A DNA stretch of 64,000 nt from the NCBI GenBank assembly GCA_951406725.2, contig OX597818.1, forward strand, positions 24,676,001 through 24,740,000, read 5' to 3'. Source of the stretch: Octopus vulgaris. Lineage: Eukaryota. A program made the position numbers and the translations under genes. Positions 13,120 through 27,660 of this stretch are shown one piece after another; positions within the stretch are counted from its first letter, which is position 1, and each line of letters opens with the position of its first letter. The notes under the pieces were generated by a model. That model saw only the letters and a list, made by a program, of their open reading frames with translations. It was not told where the DNA came from and searched no databases.

Positions 13120-14670
13120 CTAGCAGTATCGCCCGGCGTTGCTCGGGTTGTAAGGGAAATAACTATATAAGCATTTTTAGAGAGTTATAGCCAAAAAATG
13201 CATTAAAAATTGAAAAAAAATTAAGGTAAATATTTTTTAAATCGTTGACACATCGTAGATATTTTTAGAGAGTTACTTCCCTTATATAAAAGCGAAAAAA
13301 ATGCATTAAAATGGAAAAATATGATGGTAAATTTTTTTTAAATCGTAGACTCATCGTAGACGCACGCTAATACCCAGAAGGGCTCGATATGAATCACGAC
13401 TATAAGATACCCGCTTTTGGTTAAACTGCACCGCAAAATGTGGGAGTAGTTAGGAATCGAAATCGTAGGAGACAGACACACAACTTCACTCTTATATAAA
13501 GATGCTTTTTTTTTTTCAGTCATAGAGTTAGATTTATGAAGGTCTTCAGTAGAAAATCCTTCGAATTCTGACTCGCTGCTTGATATAATGAAATTCGTAT
13601 CCATTTTTTGTCAGAATTACAAATTTTGAAAACACAATAGGAACAAATTTCGGAAAAAAATCTCCCATAATTCACGGAATTAAAATTACACTTCGATTTT
13701 TGTACAAAACTGTAGTTGAAGTGTTTACGAAGTATAATACGTGTTTTCACGAATGTACTAAAGAGATTTGCTCTGATATTCTCATTTAAATATGAATAGG
13801 TAAATTCGGGCGGCTTGGTAACTATATATAAGTGTCGTCTGTTTATACATAAACACTGTTTCATACTGCAATTATGTATACATATATCTATATATAATAT
13901 TATATAATAAAATATATACAGAGTAAAATAAAAACCAATTTACCTTTTCTGTCCTCCGTGTGTCTTTGCAAATGTGTTGGAATGATAAGTGAGTTGTGTT
14001 TTTGCGCCTTTTTTACTAATAACAAACACACACGTGTTTGTATGTAGTTGTATGTGTATGTAGTTGTATGTAGTTGTATATGTATGTGTATGCGTGTGTG
14101 TGAGGAATGACACACACACTCTCGCAAGCACACATGTACATCAATGCTTTCGGAGTGATATGTTAAAATATTGAGTTTTCTCGAATTTTGTCTTAATTGG
14201 GGGTGAAATTGAAAGAAATATATTATGGCATGAGCGAATGGAGTACTTTGAAAAATCTTAGGTAAATTCTAATTGAAGAAATTGTGTGAGGACTAAATGG
14301 TTATGTATTTATTTGTTTCTGTTTGCTGTGTTTTTTTATTTTTTGAGTAGTGGTTTAATTACTTTCAGTTTAGGCTTCCTCAAATCACTCTGTCGCTATT
14401 TACTTTCATTTTATTCGTTGCCCACTGTGTGTGTGCGTTTGCGTGTGGTGTAAACCAGACTAAGAAAAGCATTTGACACACACACAAGAATGTGAGTTTT
14501 CTGTAAATTTTGCTTAATTGGAGTTTAAATTTTAAAAACTGGACCTGGCATGACGCAATGCATTGTACTCTTAAAAATGCAAGGTAAATTGTAATTAAAG
14601 AAATCCTATATTGTAGATTTGTATAACTCCCAAAGGGAGGCAGATAAAATCTGCCTTTTATAATAAGAGA
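13120..14670 (-). mobile_element. non-autonomous Helitron, composite with two 5' ends
   Basis: Minus strand has A|TC 5' ends at 14670 and 13502 and a 3' hairpin CCCGAGCAACGCCGGG followed by CTAG|T at 13120. Confidence 0.8.
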
Positions 14671-14699
14671 TGCTAAGTTGTCTACAAGCATTTGAGTTC

Positions 14700-15850
14700 T
14701 CTGGCCACATCATGAGAAATATTGGGTTAACCTGAATCTCTTTGATATATTCCAAACTTTATTTAGAATTCTGGCATATTCTTTTCTCTACTTTCAAGCC
14801 TAGATGTTGTCATTTATTGCTGGATTTATTAACTATTCCTTTATCATATCTTGTTGCCACCAAGTTTACCACTCCCTGTAGATTATCTCTAATTATGCCC
14901 CTTCCATTTTTTAATTCTTCAGTATCATAACCTCCCTAAGATTCTCTTGTTCGCTAATCTTAGCTTAAGCTCACTCAATGAAGCAATCTGTTTAATGGAA
15001 TAGTCTATCAGAAGTTTACAAGTATCAGTATCCACTGTAGTAGGAGCACATACATTAGCAAAACTCTCCCTTTAAATCCATTTCTATCTTCCAAGCAACA
15101 TAATTTATCTATTTCTAACACATCATCTATTCAGTTGACTTCCTAGTTCAAGTTAGTAATATTAGGAAATCACACTTAAATTATAAGTTTCTTCATCAGC
15201 AAAAATTCTGTAATGCCTGAATTAATTTTTATCTGTAAGCATGGATGGATATTTTATATTTTATCCATTTAAGTCTTGGAGATTCTTATTAATTAAGATG
15301 TTGGTTGCATCTATGATCATCTTTGGATGTTTCTATGTCCAATACTTTTCCTGAAATATTTTGTTCAATTTACAATGAATACTCATCACCTGTGTACATT
15401 CAGAAGCTTCCATGGACTGAAATCTTTTATAATAACAACATAATCTAAGATGAAAATCATGGAAGTGGTGTACGAACCTTAAAGGACAAACTCCAACCAC
15501 AACTTTTTATCCTTTCATCAATAGAATATGTATTTCTTAGGAGCCTTTCACCCACACTTAAAAATTGTAGAACCTTGATTTAAGCCATTTCTAGACTAAC
15601 AGCAATAAAATAACATTATCCTTTTTCTGAAGAGTTTTATAAACAAGCTTAAGGAAAGTTATTTATCTGTAGTTCTATTTTTAAAGGTACAGGTTACTCT
15701 TAAGGATAAACATTTGTTTATCTTATTCATATCTTTTCTTTAAATAGAATCAATATTGTTCTGGATAAATGTTAAAGGTAATAATTTAAAATGTTAGCAT
15801 CTGTCATATCTTTTCCTAATGGTACTTTAGATAACTTGTTTCTCTTATCA
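14700..15850 (-). mobile_element. decayed L1/Tx1-like LINE (ORF1 knuckle and APE start)
   Basis: Remnants resembling FKCG.R..LRNT and ANVCAPT (NVYAP); heavily mutated. Confidence 0.45.
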
Positions 15851-16239
15851 ACATCTTTCATCTAATGAAGAGCAATGACTGAAGACTATAACAACACAGG
15901 ATTATTATATTTTAACTGTAATTCATTAAAATATATTTATTGAAACAAAGCTATTAGATAATTTAATAGAATAAAATAAAACACTAGACATAAATTACAA
16001 ATAGTTAGGCAGTTTTTTTAATCAATAGTTATTTATCTTCAAATATAATTTTAAAATATTTTTCTGTTTTGCGGAATTTTGATCTGGGATCTGTGCAGAG
16101 CCATCCTTTTATGCAGACTGTTTTTTGTTTGGCCTATGTATTGCTCTTGACACCCAGAGCAGGTTAGTGCATATATCAGGTTCTCTGAAGCACAAAGAAT
16201 ATTACTATATGACCAATTCAAAAGTAAAACCAGTCAAAT

Positions 16240-16495
16240 CTACAGTATTCCCAAGATACACAAAAGTGAGAAAATAAGTAACGCATGGAAGATAGCCACA
16301 GACATAATGATCTAATGATCTCAAATTGAAACCTATAATAGCAGGTTCTACATGCGAAACCCACCACCTCAGTAATTTTTTAGATACCCTCTTAAAACCA
16401 TTCCTCAAGCATGTCAGAAGCTATATAAGGGACAACATGGATATGCTCAATCACCTTCCTGAAACAATAAACAAAAACACCCTACTAGTAGCCTA
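16240..16495 (+). mobile_element. Penelope-like RT fragment
   Basis: IIAGSTCETHHLSNFLDTLLKPFLKHVRSYIRDNMDMLNHLP..NTLLV. Confidence 0.75.
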
Positions 16496-17254
16496 AATCT
16501 ATGAAAAGTTTCCGAACACAAGCCCAAATACGCTCAACAACAACACAGAAACTTTTAGCATTTTCTACCTTGACTTTTTCCCCCATATATATCAATTTGT
16601 GTGTTCCTTTTCAACCTTCTACATATGTGTGTGTGTATGTATATGTGTGTACATCTTCGTATCTGTGTTTGTCTCCCCATCACCACTTGACAACTGGTGT
16701 CAGTGTATTTACATCCCTGTAACTTAGTGGTTTGGTGAAAGAGAAAGGTAGAATAAGTGCTAGAATTAAAAAATAAGTATTGGAGTTGATTCATTCGACT
16801 AAAAATAAAACTGTTGAAAGCAGTGCTCCAGTATGGCTGCAGTCAAACGACTGAAATAAGTAAAAGAATAAAAGAATACATACATACACATACATAATGC
16901 ACTCACATATCTGCTGCAACCCCTGTCTCCAAACCTCTCCAATATTTCTTTCCATCATTTGCTACAGTCACTTCATCCTGTCCACTCACCCAGTCCAAAC
17001 CTATGTATCACCCTACAACCTCATATGTCCCTCAAAGGCATATCTCAACACATCTTTGCCATCATCTCTCTCACTGTCACATTCCAAATATTACTCTCCA
17101 ACTCAATTTCCTTTCTTTTCTCATGTGGGTATCCATGTATCTACAGCAAGACACCTATCACTGTCCCTCTATACCTTTAATCTCTCAACTGGCACAAAGT
17201 CCACCCCACTCCTCAGTACTAATGTCCCCTCCCAGTTGAGGGTTTTTTTACCTT

Positions 17255-17912
17255 TTTTTGTTTTGCAAGGTACTTGGTGACCCTGTTAGTGCTGGTGCCA
17301 CGTAAAAAGCACTGGTGCTAATGCCATATAAAAAACACCCAGTACACTCTGTAAAGTGGTTGGCATTAGGAAGGGCATCCAGTAGTAGAAACCATGGCAA
17401 AACAGACAATGGAGCTTGGTATGGCCCCAGGCCTAACCAGCTCCTGTCAAACCATCCAACCTATGCCAGCATGGAAAACAAATGTTAAATGATGATGATG
17501 ATGATGCATCCTGAAACCTCATCACCACCATCTTCTCTCCTTTTCCTGTTGGAGTAACTATGTATTTCCTCTACAGCAAGCCAATTGTTCTTATCCTTGT
17601 ATCATATGCTTGTCTCTCAGCACCTGGCATAAGCTGCCTTCCTCAAAACTATACCACCCTAATAAGGGAACTTGTCATGCAAGTTACTTGCCACCATCTT
17701 GGGTACTGATCACAAGTAAAAGCATCCACTACATTTTGTAAACCAACTGCTATTAGAAGGGGCATCCAATTGTAGAGAGCATGCCAAAACAGACATAGGA
17801 GCTTGGTGCAGTCCTCTGACCAATCAAATTCAGTTAAATCGCCCAATACATGCCAGCATGGAATATGGACACTAAATGATGATAATGATGATGTTGATGA
17901 TGATGGTGGTGG

Positions 17913-17970
<58 letters not shown>
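17255..17970 (+). mobile_element. two RTE-3'UTR/SINE-like copies ending in (GAT)n
   Basis: ggcattaggaagggcatccag...atgccagcatggaaaa...gttaaatgatgatgat, shared with the 3' end of the RTE at 20200-20357. Confidence 0.7.
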
Positions 17971-17986
17971 ATGTGTATGTATAAAT

Positions 17987-18029
<43 letters not shown>

Positions 18030-18361
18030 TGTGTAGTATGTATGCATACCTATTTCATTGATGCAGATCAGCAAAAAAAATGTAAACATTGATGAGAAGA
18101 CTAAAAACCCATGCTTTTTGAATGATGTCTCTTACAATATTTGTTTTACATTGAGTTACAGACAACATTCACCTATGACTCACACCATCAAAACGTGGAA
18201 CAAATTAATATGTTGCTGTGTCATTGGGATTGATTTAACATAGCTATAATTGTCATTATTTAGTATCTGATATACAATAATTTTCAACAACAATCTCATA
18301 GAACATATTAGTTTTAGCTTTTAGCATTGTGTGTATAGTTGCATTATGTGCAAGATATGTA

Positions 18362-18580
18362 AGGTGGCAAGATGGCAGAATCATTAGTATGCTAGGCATA
18401 ATGCTTAGCAGTATTTCTTGTGTCTTTATGATCTGAGTCCAAACTCTGCTGAGGTTGACTTTACCTTTCATCCATTTGAGGTTGATGAAATAAGCACTGG
18501 TTATGCACTGGAGTCGATATAATTGATTAGCCCCCCTCCCCTAAAATTTCAGGCCTTGTGCCTTTAAGAGAAAGGGTTAT
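18362..18580 (+). mobile_element. tRNA-derived SINE, second family
   Basis: ggcagaatcattag...gaggttgactttacctttcatcc. Related copies at about 8925-9020, 25400-25670 and 35670-35800 on the minus strand. Confidence 0.7.
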
Positions 18581-18994
18581 ATACAAGATATCGATATGAA
18601 AGTGGTCTAATTTCTTTTCCAATAGAGGTGTTTATTATTGCTGCTATTGATTACAGGTAGAGACATGCTTCAGTAATCCTCATACAGTACATTTGTCATA
18701 AGACAACAAAACTGAAGACCAACAGATATATTATTTATTGTAGAGAAAGAATAACTATTACGAAATGTGTAAGTGACATAAAATATACCCCCACTCCCTA
18801 CTTAAAAAAGAGAAAAAAAAGTCAACTGAAGTTACGATGGGCAGTAAAAAATGTAAGTCAAATTGTTCAGTTCAGTCCATAATTTGTTGTTAAAACACTA
18901 AATCGAAGTTCAGTGGGTCAATTTATACATGACCTTGTTATGATATATTCAAGGGTAGTCTCTCCATTAAGTGTATTTGTGTCTATGTATGAGA

Positions 18995-20357
18995 GAAAAG
19001 CAAAGACTAAAGTTATAGTAAGTAGGAAGGCAAACTCATTCACCCCCCTCCCCAGGTAGGTGGCCCTGCTCGATCTGTAGAAAAGTTGTAGGTAGAAACT
19101 CCATAAGATGTACCCAGTGTAAGCTATAGACGCATAAGAGGTGCAGCAACATCAAAGGAAAATTAACCAAGATAGCTTTCATATGCAGCAGATGCACAGG
19201 GGCAATAGACACCACAGATACTCAGAAAACAGATTCCATTACACTCCAGTGGGAGAAACTAGAAGTAGTTGACAGTTTCCGCTACCTAGGTGACCAAGTT
19301 AGTCGTGGAGGTGGATGCTCAGAGAATGTCACCACAAGAATACGAATAGCCTGGGCAAAGTTTAGAAAGCTTCTACCTCTAATGGTGACAAAGGGTCTCT
19401 CGCTCAGAGTGAAAGGTAGATTGTACGATGCATGTGTGCAAACTGCCATGCTTCATGGTAGTGAAAGATGGGCTGTGACTGCAGAGGATATGCATAGGCT
19501 TCAAAGAAATGAAGCTAGCATGATCCACTGGATGTGTAATGTCAGTGTGCACATACGACAGAGTGTAAGCACCTTGAGAGAAATGCTGGACATAAGAAGC
19601 ATCGGATGTGGTGTGCAAGATAGACGTTTGCACTGGTATGGTCATGTACTACAGATGGATGAGGAGAGATGTGTGAAGAAGTGCCACTCCCAAATAGTTG
19701 AAGGAATCCGGGGTAGAGGTAGACCCAGGAAGACATGGGATGAGGTGGTCAAGCATGACCTTCGAACGTTGGGCCTCACAGAGGCAATGATGAAAACTGA
19801 GATTTCTGGAGATATGCTGTGACTACTAAGACCCAACAACTAATGTGAGTTCATGGCTGTTTCCTGCACCAGTTTTGCATAGAAGCACCAGCCCATCCAA
19901 AGTACCTTGGATCGCAGAACGACCTGCTCTGCTAACCTTGGATCATAGGGTGACCTGCTGCGCTTGAGGAGACCTATTGAGTCAAGTACATCAACATCAA
20001 AATAAAAATCAAATGGAAATTGTAGTTGTGATACCTGTACTGGTGGCACATAAAAAGCACCATCTGAACGTGGCCGATGCCAGCACTGCCTTGACTGGCT
20101 TCCGTGCTGGTGGCACGTGAAAAGCACCAACCAATCATGGCTGCTGCCAGCTTCCCCTGGCACCTGTGCCAGTGGAACATAAAAAGTACCCACTACACTC
20201 ATGGAGTGGTTGGCATTAGGAAGGGCATCCAGCTGTAGAAACACTGCCAGATCAGACTGGAGCCTGGTGCAGCCTCTTGGCTTCCCAGACCCCGGTCGAA
20301 CCGTCCAACCTGTGCTAGCATGGAAAACGGACGTTAAACGATGATGATGATGATGAT
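18995..20357 (+). mobile_element. RTE-clade LINE, 5'-truncated, with 3'UTR and (GAT)n tail
   Basis: KLEVVDSFRYLGD..RIRIAWAKFRKL, AMLHGSERW, RRLHWYGHV, RGRGRPRKTW. Confidence 0.92.
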
Positions 20358-21699
20358 ATATATATATATATATATACACAAGAAATACACATGGTGAGAT
20401 TATTTTAGACCATTGAAAGTTATACTTCATAATTGTTAAAACATGTAATGATGATGATGAAGATAAAAATAATAATAACTATAACAACATAACAACAATA
20501 ATAAACAATAATAATAATAATAAACCATAACCATCATTTGCAAGTGAGTATGATTTGAAAGTATGCACTGTACTTTCACTAATTGTTTCAGGCACTTATG
20601 TAGTTACAAGCAGATACAGACGACCACTCAGCCCTCAAGCCTTTGACCCAGTAAGACATCCAGAATGTGAGAGCCAGAAGGAGAAAAGGTTGCGAGAGTA
20701 CTCAACTGGTTTTTATTATAGCTGAGTATAGTGGAGCAATGTGAAAAGAGGTGCCTTACTCAAGAACACAACATGTCACCCTATCCAGGAATTGAACTCA
20801 GGCTGAGTATTTGGTTCTTACACCTTAATGACGATCTTTTATCATTCACTTGTTTCAGCCAGTGGTCTATGGCCATGCCTTGAAGGATTTAGTCAAACAA
20901 ATCACCCCAGTATGTACTTTTTAAAAAAAATCTGGTACTTATTCTATCAGTTACTTTTTGCTGGACCACTAACTTATAGGAGTGTAAAAAAACCCAACAA
21001 TAATTGTCTGTTAGTGGGGGAGGGGACAACCACAAAGACATACATGCATGTATACATGATGGGCTTCTTTCAATTTAAATTTACTAGATCCACTCACAAC
21101 ATTTAGCTAGCCCAAAGCTATAGTAGAAGACATTTGCTCAAGGTATCATGCAGTGGGACTGAACCTGAAACCATGTGGTTTGGAAGCAAACTTCTTACCA
21201 TGCAGCCAAGCCTGCAAAATAACAACAACAACAACAACAATTATGAATTAATTTATGATAGTTTTTATATAAATGACATGAGACATCAGATATCTCAGTT
21301 TGAGATACAAATGTGAAATAGAGTCGTGTATGTTATTCAAGCCACGTGTCTATCACGACAACTGTGTTACTAGTAACTCTGTTTATTACTACTTCTCAAA
21401 TTAGGTCACACAAGAGATAAATATCAGGTAAAAGTCCTATCATCAGCGTATTCCTCTTTTCTATCACAAACTGACACTTATAATATATTACATCAACAAC
21501 AACAACAATAACAATAATTATTTTTTTGATTTAGGCTCAAGGCCAGTAGTTTGAGAGGAGGGTATTAGTTGATGTCATTGACTCATGTATCTGACTGGTA
21601 CCTTATTTTATTGATGACAACAACAACAATAATAATAGTCCTTTCTGCTATAGAGAAATTTGTGGGGAGGGGTTGATGCAGTCAACCTCAGGACTCAAA

Positions 21700-21905
21700 T
21701 GTAAGGGAGAGATTCTTAGATGACTGCTTCATGTTACAGAAATTAATAGCATTCATGAATTGATCCAAGTCACAAGAGAAATGAATGAAAGGAGTTTCTA
21801 TTTCTGGACATTTTGATAATTAAGAAAAATTAAGCTTTTACAACTGCTCTCTATAGCAAGGATGCAGACACACACCAATAGTTATATTTTAGATCTTGCT
21901 ATCAA
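21700..21905 (+). mobile_element. Penelope-like RT fragment
   Basis: RFLDDCF..FLDILI..YSKDADTHQ.LYF motifs. Confidence 0.6.
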
Positions 21906-22020
21906 TAAATGTATAAATAAAATAGATGTAAATACCAATAAATACAAAAAAGAATAAATAAAGGCAATACATTTATACAGGTTAAGAAATTGCCACTTAT
22001 GTGGAATCAGGGTACATTAC

Positions 22021-25000
22021 CATTCTGACTATCTTCTACTCTGATCACTTCCACAAATTGAGTTTTCTAAAGTTGACCCTGAACATTTTTGGCTTCAGCA
22101 GAGTTGTGAAAATTCTTACATCTCAGGCATAATTCCTCAACAATTGATATACTGCTCATGCCATCTATACTAACATTCTTTTCTTATGAGGCTTCTGGTA
22201 CTTGTATCCCATCTCCTTCACTATCAGTCTGTAATTCATATAATTGTTTATTAAGACCAAAATTAGGTCAAATGAGACCCTGTTTAGCTTTTAAACACTA
22301 CAAATTTCAGACATTTCATAGGGGTGGATGCTGCTTTGTGAGGAACTTCCATTGTCTTATTTACCTTATGTTTGGATTCATTCTTTTTTCTTTTCCCCCT
22401 TTTTTTTTTTTGGTGATGGGGTTTCACTTTTCTCCAATCTCTATCTTTCCTCATGCTTCCTCTGCTTTCTGATGATAGAAGCCCCCTTGTTTTTTGAAAC
22501 ACAAAGATACGACACTCTCCTTTCCTTCTCCTACATAAAATCATTAGACAAGGAGCCACTGTCTTTTGTAACATGCTTCATCTATTGCTTTTCTTTCCCT
22601 CTGAGCTGACCCAACCAAGTTACCCCAATTTCTTCCACAAAGTTTGCAAAAAATTATGGAATTTCACTCTTGTTTGTGATAGTATTGTTATTGTGTGTTT
22701 TTGGCATATTTTGTCTTCAAATTTGAATTATTTTTCTTTCCGGTATTTCCTTTTTATGTTTTGCAAATGGAAATGTCTAAGTTTTTTGTATGTCTAATTA
22801 ATAAGGTAAGGGTCATGCTTGTTTATTGCTACCAGCACTGTGACTGCTGCCTCTTACTGATACTTCTAAGGCTGTCATTTTACAATCTTTTTGACATCTG
22901 CATATTGCAAAACAGTTTTGACATTTATCTATTGAAAATGTCAAAAGTTTGTAACAGTTTAAAGAAAAAAAATTTAAACTGACCTTTCTTCTAGCCCAGT
23001 TAATGAGGTAGTTGACCACTTTTCTATATTCTCTTATAAATAAAAGAAGCAAAAAAAATCTTGGTTTGTTGATGTAAATCACAGAAGAAAATACACAGTG
23101 CTTTCTGAAATATGTCAATTCACACTAATAAAACAACAATAGTAATGATGATGATAATGAGCATAATGACCACTACCAACACCAGCACCAGCATTAGTGC
23201 CAGCACTAAAATCAGCAACAACACCTGCACTAGCACCTTCATTTTTTCATCATTATCATTTACTTCCATGTATTTGATCGATTTGAGGCTTTCATTACGA
23301 GTCATGCTTCCGTATACTACCTAATCCAAAATGTATGTAAAACTCCTGGTATAATATACAACCTTTATTAAATCAACATTAAAGATTCTCTAAACAAGAA
23401 ACATGACCTTGTCTCATGCTAGAATTAATTATAGCAGCAATATTTTTACTCCTGGTATCAGCACATGTTGGTATAGATATATGAAATTTGTGGTGGCTTA
23501 AATAAATATTGTATTTATAAAAAAAAACAAATACTTGTAAGTCTCCTATATCAGTTTACCAGATGACAGCAGTAAATGTTTGGTGTGGGTTACTTAGGCT
23601 TCACGCGGAGGATGTCTGTTGGCAGACATCTTCAGGGTGGCATCATCAGCATATGAGCATGAATTGTTAGAAGTGTCAGCAAGTAGGTCATTAATATTCA
23701 GAGGGAAAGAAAAGCAATATATGAAGCATGTTACAAAAGACAGAAAGATATTGTAGAAAATATAACTAAATTTTGTGCGTTATAAGAATTAGTAAAATGT
23801 GGGTTAGAGTGTACCCATCAGTAAATACTACAATCTGTAAGGAATCTTCTGATCTAAAACTGAAATTCACATGGCACGCATAAGTTAGTAACTGCTGATA
23901 CATTGTAGTCACTGGACTTCTGAAGATGCAAGACCTCTAGTAAGTGACAAAGGATAACAAGTCTCCTATAGACTTGACTCTAAGGAAGTCATATTTGTAG
24001 TTACTGAGCGAAAAAGATCATAAAGGGTTGATTGTTTATGACTGTCTTAAAGACTTTTGAAGTGTTTGAAACGAGAACTAAATTAAATGTTGGTAAGGAG
24101 AAAGGGAATGCTTTATACTTGGAAACAGACACACTGTAGCATGTCTTAAAAAGATTAAGATAGACTCCTGTAAAGGAAATTGATGATTTTATTGAGAGTA
24201 GAAGATGGCACTGGGGAACACTTTGAGGGTGATGTAAGAAACACTGTTGGGACTGGTTGTTTTCTTAGTTCAGTGCATACAGAGAATAGTGACTGTATGT
24301 ATGGGGCAGAGATGAGAAAAGTATGATAGGAATTTTATTGACTATATGCAACTGAGAATACAGACTAAAAAAATTAGAAGGCTTTTTCAATAGTACTGAT
24401 GCTAACAAAGTCATCTTAGTTGAGGAGATGTGGAAACAAGAATTCCAGATGGTAGATTAAGAAATAACTTCATTGGTCATATAAAAATCCAGAATGCTCC
24501 TAAATGTTTGAAAATTGAAGAAAATTTATCAAGCATTTAATAATTTCTTTCAAAGACATAAAACTTTGAAATTTTGGAAAAAGTGACCAATTCTAACCAA
24601 CAATGAAAATGCTGGAAAAGAAAATAAGTAAATTTCAAAAATGACTTACTCGCACAAACCAAATAAACATGTCTCACTTTGATTAAACCGTATTGTTTGC
24701 ATATCACTGATCAACCATGATCATTTTTAGAGAGAATCTGTTTTAAAACATTCTGTCCCAATTTAGTGCATAACTGGCATAAATACATTGATTAATCAAT
24801 AGTCACACATTAACTAGAGCCCACTTTAATTTTCATATACACACTTTCCATAGATTGTTGTAAACTTTCATGAAAGTGTACACCAATAGCTAAATCAATA
24901 AGATGATCTAGGCTTTCTACCACTTTTAAGCTGACTAGACGAATCCATTTATATGTATTGACAATAATTATACTTCAAAAGCAGCTGTAAAATTGGTATG

Positions 25001-25279
25001 ACTACAAATAATAATACTTATATAAAATAATGCTTCCAATCGTGCAGCATGTCCTTTTGAACATGCTGAATAAATCTGGTATTTTCAAATGAGTTACCAC
25101 TTATTTCCTTAAGGATGCTTGGGAGGGACAACTAAAATAGCATGCGATGAAATCCAATAACCTCCATGTGGCTAACAAACATATCTAATGATTGAATTGA
25201 TTGATTCAAAGTTGTGTCCTGGCCATTGTTTTGCATGTAGTGGAGTGAAAGACCCAGAATTACAGCATGAGGAAGGTAC
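22021..25279 (-). pseudogene. exon-like blocks 25098-25279, 24650-24984, 22984-23104 and 22021-22897 of a disabled gene or lncRNA
   Basis: Each block is bounded by AG/GT, with short introns of 113 and 86 nt. Translations look protein-like but carry stops and phase conflicts. Confidence 0.4.
23600..24470 (-). mobile_element. CR1/Jockey-group LINE RT fragment
   Basis: NINDLLADTSNNSCSYADDATL (YADD motif). Confidence 0.7.
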
Positions 25280-25719
25280 CTAAAAGAAAGTCTTAGTCTA
25301 AGTTTTATATTATGATTCTATTTGCATTTAGGTTGCCTTATAGGAATCTCAAGTCAGTTTCAGTACTTGACTGATGCATTGATCCCAAGAGAATTGTTTC
25401 AAATATTGGCACAAAACCAACAGTTACAGGGGGATGGGATTTGTCAATTACATCAACATCAATATTTGGCTAATACATTACATTATCAACCCTGAAAGGT
25501 TAAAGGGCCAAGTTCTTGGTAGGATTTAAATTCATAACGTTAAATGCTGGAAGAAATGCCATTAAGCATTTTCATGTGCTAACAGTTGACCCTGGAAGAA
25601 TGAAAAGCAGTGTTGAGTACAACTAAATACCGCAAGTCTTTTTTCCAATGCACTGGTGATTCTGCTTTCCACTAACATTAAAGCCCATCATTCAATGATA
25701 TATGCTTCTAGGCTGCTGA

Positions 25720-26458
25720 ACACTGATGCGCTGAGTGACATCACTGTATTTACTTCGCAAGTTGTGAAATTTGTGTTTTTCTGTTAAACTTGGGAAGTCT
25801 GTGACAGAGACATTGAGCATGCTTTGGCAAGCTTATGGTGATGTGGCAATTGGTCATATGCAATGTTTCAAGTGGAATGGGTGCTTCAAAGGCGAAAGAA
25901 CGTCCCTAGAATATGAGTGATTTGGAAGACCGGCCATGAATGGCACCCTAGAAATGTGGAGAAAATTCATCTGCTTGTGCATGAGGATCGTCAGATGAAC
26001 ATCAACAACATTGCTGATGTTTGAGAAGGACATTCAGCAAAAGTGACCAGATCTGTGGATCATGAAGAGTTGGATTCTTCATGATAACAATGCATCTTGT
26101 CACCAAGCACTCCTCACTTGTGAGTTTCTCATCAAAAGCAACATGGTATTGCTTCCACACCTGCCCTTTTTCCAAATTTAGCACCTGCAGACTTCCATCT
26201 CTTCTACAAGATGAAAATGCAGCTCAAAAGTTGTTGTTTTAACACCATTGTCGAGATTAAAATTGAATTGTAGAAGGTCCTTGTCCTGCTTATGGAAAAT
26301 GACTTCCAGACTGGATTTCAAAAGTGGCAGGAATGCTGGGACCAGTGTATTGCCATGCAAGGTGACTATTTTGAAGGATGATGATGTTAAAACTTAGGTA
26401 AATAAGTTATTTTTTATTAAACATAACTAGTCTTGGAACCTTTTGATACCATCTCATA
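25720..26458 (+). mobile_element. internally deleted mariner
   Basis: VKLGKSVTETLSMLWQAYGD.. and PHLPFFPNLAPADFHLF; TIR-like end ccttttgataccatctcata. Confidence 0.8.
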
Positions 26459-26619
26459 TCTGTTTGTCTGTTTGTCTATCTATCTATCTATCTATCTATC
26501 AATCTGTCTGTCTGTCTATCTATCTACCCATCTATACATGTGCGTGTGTGTGTGAGAGAGAGAGAGAGCCTTTGACAGAGTTATTCACTCTGTCATCTCG
26601 TGGTCTCTAAAGAAGTTAG

Positions 26620-27660
26620 GAAGACACAAATGTCTTGTTAGAGTCATACATGTCATTTATAGAGATGCTATCAGTAGGTAACATCTTTCCATGAGTACAG
26701 TGACAAATTTAGTGTACAAATAGTTCACCAGGGTCTTAAAATTAATCTTTAATTAGAGGGCCTTAATGTTAACCTAGCAAAGACCAAAGTGGCTGTTAGC
26801 ACAAGACAGCAGATATGACTCTCTTTCTGCCAGGTAAATGGCCCTGATCAGTATGTAGGAAAGGTATTCCATTTGTTGTACCCAATGCAAGCAAAGGACT
26901 CTTATGAGATGCAGTGGAATCATAGGTAAGTTAACCACGAAAGTTGTCTTTGTGTGTAGTAGATATGCAGGAACAATAAGCACAAAAGATACATGGGAAT
27001 TAGATTTTCTCATATGCCCAGAAGATTCCCTAGAGGTTGTAGGAAGTTTCAGTTACCCAGGTAACCAAATTAGCTGTACAGGAGGAAGCTCTGAAAGTAT
27101 TGTTGCTAGAAAAATAATAGAATGGAAAAAGTTCAGAAATCTATTATTTCTGTTGGCAGTCTCTCTCAGAGTGAAAGATAGATTGCATGATGCTTGTGTA
27201 AGAACAGCTATGCTCCATGCTTGTGTAAGAAAAGCTATTCAACATGAGCTCTGAATGCAGAGGACATAAAAAGACTGGAGAAGAATGAAAGTAGTATTCT
27301 CCAATAGATATGCAACATCAATTTGTATGTACTACTAAGAACAAATATATTGAGAGAAGTTAAGCACAAGAGGAACTAGGTGTAACATGCAAGAGAGAAA
27401 ACAGTGATAGTTTAGACATATGGTACATACAAATGAAGACAGCTAAGAAGTGCTGATCACTTAAAGTGGATGGAACTGATAGAAGAGGAAAACCTAGGAA
27501 GACATGGGATGAAATTGTGAGGGCCAATCTGAAGATGTTGAGCCTCATGGAAAAGATGATAATGAAACGAGATGTCTGGTGATATGCGGCTTGTGGGAAG
27601 ACCCACCTACCTTAGCAAAACTAATTCTGAGTGTATTACACTTGACATTAATTCACACAC
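26620..27660 (+). mobile_element. decayed RTE LINE
   Basis: Paralogous to 18995-19830 (SLEVVGSFSYPG, RVKDRLHDACVRTAMLH, RGKPRKTWDE). Confidence 0.85.

Noticed and set aside
17649-18089. poly-S/poly-D/poly-M ORFs
   Set aside because: (GAT)n SINE/LINE tail plus (GT)n.
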